64,000 bases of DNA, taken from Candidatus Altimarinota bacterium. Lineage in GTDB: Bacteria; Patescibacteriota; Gracilibacteria; UBA1369. The notes beneath the pieces were generated by a model that was not told where the DNA came from, ran no database searches, and was given only the letters and a program-made list of their open reading frames with translations. Below, piece by piece: positions 61,289 to 64,000 of the stretch; the stretch's first letter is position 1, and each line of letters starts with the position of its first letter. The translations under genes were made by a program, and so were the position numbers. The stretch is from assembly GCA_963677745.1 (NCBI GenBank), contig OY782391.1, positions 416,001 to 480,000 of the forward strand, in the 5' to 3' direction.

Positions 61289-61858
61289 ATGACCAAAGCA
61301 CTCAGCCTTAAAGAAAAATTCGTTACGGAAATCGCTCCCGAATTGAAGAAAAAAATGAACGTAAAGAACATCAACGCGGTTCCCAAGCTTTCCAAAATCG
61401 TAATCAATGTCGGTATCGGCAAGTTGATGGCCGGAGGCAAGGACTACTCCGACGTGGAAAAAAACATTACTCTGATCGCCGGACAAAAACCGGTAGTCGC
61501 CAAAGCCCGCAAAGCCATTTCCAATTTCAAACTGAAACAGGGCATGCCGGTGGGAGTACACGTGACTCTGCGCGGCAGCAAAATGTATGATTTCGTCTCC
61601 AAATTTGTAAACATAGTATTACCCCGGACCCGTGACTTCCGCGGAATCTCTCCCAAGAGTTTCGACGGGCAGGGCAACTACTCCTACGCCATCAAGGAAC
61701 ACACCGTTTTCCCGGAAATCAACCCCGATGACATTATCAAACATCACGGTCTGCAACTGACTTTCGTGACCACAGCCAAAAACAACGAGAACGCCTACCT
61801 GTTGTTGAAAGCACTCGGATTCCCCTTCCAGGAAAAAAAGGCAAAAACCATCAAATAA
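61289..61858 (+). CDS. rplE: 50S ribosomal protein L5
   Basis: KIVINVG, GQKP, VTLRG, LPRTRDFRG, FDGQGNY; ATG 61289 (TTG 61280 possible). Confidence 0.97.
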   Translation: MTKALSLKEKFVTEIAPELKKKMNVKNINAVPKLSKIVINVGIGKLMAGGKDYSDVEKNITLIAGQKPVVAKARKAISNFKLKQGMPVGVHVTLRGSKMYDFVSKFVNIVLPRTRDFRGISPKSFDGQGNYSYAIKEHTVFPEINPDDIIKHHGLQLTFVTTAKNNENAYLLLKALGFPFQEKKAKTIK

Positions 61859-61885
61859 TTATTCTAATTCAATAATCGCTGCACA

Positions 61886-62110
61886 ATGGCCAGACTCTCT
61901 CTAAAGGTAAACACCGAAAAACTCAAAAAGGCATTACTCTCGGCAATCGCCCGGGGTAAAAAACCCCTGTTCCCCACACGCGTCTACAACCGCTGCAAAA
62001 TTTGCGGTCGTAAAGGCGGCTATCTGAGAAAATTTGAAATGTGCAGAATCTGCTTCAGAGAAAATGCCAGATCCGGTAAGATCATGGGCGTTCGTAAATC
62101 ATCCTGGTAA
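61886..62110 (+). CDS. rpsN: 30S ribosomal protein S14, Zn-binding type
   Basis: RCKICGR...CRICFRE...KSSW. Confidence 0.96.
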   Translation: MARLSLKVNTEKLKKALLSAIARGKKPLFPTRVYNRCKICGRKGGYLRKFEMCRICFRENARSGKIMGVRKSSW

Positions 62111-62139
62111 AAATATCATCTCCCTCTAATCCTAAAACT

Positions 62140-62529
62140 ATGTACACAGATCCCATCGCAGACTTGCTCACCCGCATCAAAAATGCTTCCAGAGCCAGAA
62201 AAGAACAGGTCTCCGCACCATATTCCAAAATCAAGGAACAAATCCTGATGAACCTGAAGAAAAAACACTTTATCGAAGACTTTCAGGTTGAAACTGGCAA
62301 GCGGGCCCATTGGAAGTCCCTGGTCATCACTCTCAGCCCAGCCCATATGGACATTGAAACCAAGAGAATCAGTAAACCGGGCCAGAGAATCTACCAGACA
62401 GCTGCCGAGATTAAAAAAGTCAACGGCGGACTGGGCACCTCCATCATCTCCACGCCCAAAGGAATCATTACCGATGACGAAGCCAGAAAGATGAAAGTGG
62501 GAGGAGAAGTCATCTGCCAAGTATACTAA
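62140..62529 (+). CDS. rpsH: 30S ribosomal protein S8
   Basis: DPIADLLTRIKN, SKPGQRIY, STPKG, GGEV. Confidence 0.98.
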   Translation: MYTDPIADLLTRIKNASRARKEQVSAPYSKIKEQILMNLKKKHFIEDFQVETGKRAHWKSLVITLSPAHMDIETKRISKPGQRIYQTAAEIKKVNGGLGTSIISTPKGIITDDEARKMKVGGEVICQVY

Positions 62530-62558
62530 TCAATTAAACTGCTAAGCACCCAACAACC

Positions 62559-63110
62559 ATGTCAAGAATTGGAAAAAATCCGATAGCGGTTCCCGCCGGA
62601 GTCACAGTGACCATCAACGGGAATACCATATCAGTCAAAGGCCCGAAAGGAGAATTGACCCAGAATTTTCATCCCAACATGAAAGTTACTCTGGCCGACA
62701 ATCAAATTACCGTTGCCCGTCCCAATGAGATGAAACTGAACCGCTCACTGCACGGACTGACACGCACCCTGCTCGCCAATATGGTGGAAGGGGTAACCAA
62801 AGGTTACGAAAAACAGCTGGAAATCCTCGGCGTCGGTTACAGAGCCAGCGTCAGCGGAGCCAAACTTAACCTCAGCCTGGGTCTGTCTCATCCGATCGAC
62901 TTTGAAATCCCCAAAGGCATTACCATCGAACAGGACAAAGAGAAAAAGAACATTCTGATCATCAAGGGATTTGACAAACAATTGCTGGGCGAAGTTGCAG
63001 CCAAAATCAGATCTTTCAAGAAACCAGAACCATACAAAGGTAAAGGTATCCGCTATGTCGGTGAATATGTGGCTCAGAAAGCCGGTAAAGCTGCTGGTAA
63101 AGATAAATAA
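62559..63110 (+). CDS. rplF: 50S ribosomal protein L6
   Basis: MSRIGK, KGPKGEL, PEPYKGKGIRY. Confidence 0.98.
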   Translation: MSRIGKNPIAVPAGVTVTINGNTISVKGPKGELTQNFHPNMKVTLADNQITVARPNEMKLNRSLHGLTRTLLANMVEGVTKGYEKQLEILGVGYRASVSGAKLNLSLGLSHPIDFEIPKGITIEQDKEKKNILIIKGFDKQLLGEVAAKIRSFKKPEPYKGKGIRYVGEYVAQKAGKAAGKDK

Positions 63111-63141
63111 GCCAATATCCGCACTAAAATAATCTAATTCC

Positions 63142-63480
63142 ATGAAAAACACTAAACTCATCCAGAGAGAAAGACGAAAAATCAGGGTAAAGGGAAATAT
63201 CAAGTCCGATAAACCCCGACTGATCGCCTTCAAAAGTCTGAACTTCAACTATCTGCAACTGTTTGATGATAAAAAGGGAGTAACCTTGGCCGGTGTATCG
63301 GACATCAAAGCTAAAAAAGGCCCCAAAGTCGACAGCGCCAGACAGGTCGGCCTGGAAATAGCCAAAAAAGCCAAAGAACTCAAAATTGACGAAGTAGTAT
63401 TCGACAGAAACGGCTACAAATATCATGGACGCATCAAGGCCATGGCCGACGGGGCCCGGGAAGGCGGCCTCAAGTTTTAA
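63142..63480 (+). CDS. rplR: 50S ribosomal protein L18
   Basis: KPRL, VFDRNGYKYHGRIKA, AREGGLKF. Confidence 0.97.
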   Translation: MKNTKLIQRERRKIRVKGNIKSDKPRLIAFKSLNFNYLQLFDDKKGVTLAGVSDIKAKKGPKVDSARQVGLEIAKKAKELKIDEVVFDRNGYKYHGRIKAMADGAREGGLKF

Positions 63481-63506
63481 TTTTAAAATAATTAATTTTC
63501 ACAGTA

Positions 63507-64000
63507 ATGATGAAAAAAGGCAGAGCACCAATCAGGGAAGTCAAAGAATTTGAAGAGGAAGTTATACAGATCGACCGTGTTACCCGCGTGGTAAAAGGTG
63601 GCCGCAGACTTCGTTTCAGAGCAACTTTGGTTATCGGAAACAAAAAAGGCAAAGTAGGAGTGGGAATCGGAAAATCCACTGAAGTTACCGGTGCCATTTC
63701 CAAAGCCATTGCCCAGGCCAAAAAAAATATGATCACCGTACCGATGGCCGGTCAAACCATCCCGCACCGCGTACAGGTTAAGTTCAAAAGCGCCAAAGTT
63801 CTGTTGATGCCTGCCATTCCCGGTACCGGTATCAAAGCCGGCGGCAGCGTACGCAAAGTAATTGAACTGGCCGGTATCAAAGATATTATGGGAAAATGTT
63901 TCGGAGCTCCCAACCGTCTGAACAACAGTCAGGCTGCCATCGAAGCCCTCAAAAAGCTGCGGGCAATCCCCTGGCTTAAGACCAAAGCTCCTGCCGCCGG
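63507..64000 (+). CDS. rpsE: 30S ribosomal protein S5 (truncated by the window end)
   Basis: Manual translation MMKKGRAPIREVKEFEEEVIQIDRVTRVVKGGRRLRFRA...GTGIKAGG. Confidence 0.97.
   Translation, partial: MMKKGRAPIREVKEFEEEVIQIDRVTRVVKGGRRLRFRATLVIGNKKGKVGVGIGKSTEVTGAISKAIAQAKKNMITVPMAGQTIPHRVQVKFKSAKVLLMPAIPGTGIKAGGSVRKVIELAGIKDIMGKCFGAPNRLNNSQAAIEALKKLRAIPWLKTKAPAA

Noticed and set aside
1-64000. CRISPR array, IS element, integrase, prophage, rRNA
   Set aside because: No regularly spaced repeats, transposase or integrase motifs, or rRNA signatures seen; intergenic gaps are all short.
1-64000. Genetic code 25 (UGA=Gly) as in Gracilibacteria/Absconditabacteria
   Set aside because: Conserved genes are full length under code 11, and TGA ends genes at expected positions (e.g. 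2316, 21723, 23666, 40533).

Overview
A mostly core-genome region of a bacterium that reads in standard code 11 (TGA is used as a stop). It is probably a Patescibacteria/CPR member, Peregrinibacteria-like. That assignment is an inference from the SLH proteins, short HrcA, start regions lacking Shine-Dalgarno motifs, tailed ribosomal proteins and reduced operons. In order, the window holds gltX-ackA-glycolipid synthase; rpmH-rnpA-yidC-jag; tRNA-Glu; a ferredoxin-DHH-RNR-like-methyltransferase operon; comEC; LCP-dac-mraY; rsmH-ftsL-like with an ECF sigma/anti-sigma pair; gap; a 3-gene GHMP-wHTH/ThrC-like cassette; hrcA-grpE-dnaK with two CIRCE operators; serS; an ABC transporter; rpoB-ssb-rpoC; a split str operon; and the S10/spc ribosomal protein genes, cut off inside rpsE. 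No CRISPR array, transposase, integrase or rRNA was seen. The most unusual observations are: (1) an intact ribonucleotide-reductase homolog that has lost its catalytic cysteines and finger loop but keeps allosteric-site regions; (2) a degenerate GHMP kinase fused to a winged helix, co-transcribed with a threonine-synthase-like enzyme; (3) an RpoB with a ~190-aa histone-H1-like N-terminal arm and a ~128-aa acidic tail, with ssb between rpoB and rpoC; (4) candidate structured leader RNAs before rplC and rpoB; (5) a triplicated palindromic operator at the mraZ-less rsmH promoter. All family assignments are by-eye motif recognition; no database searches were run.
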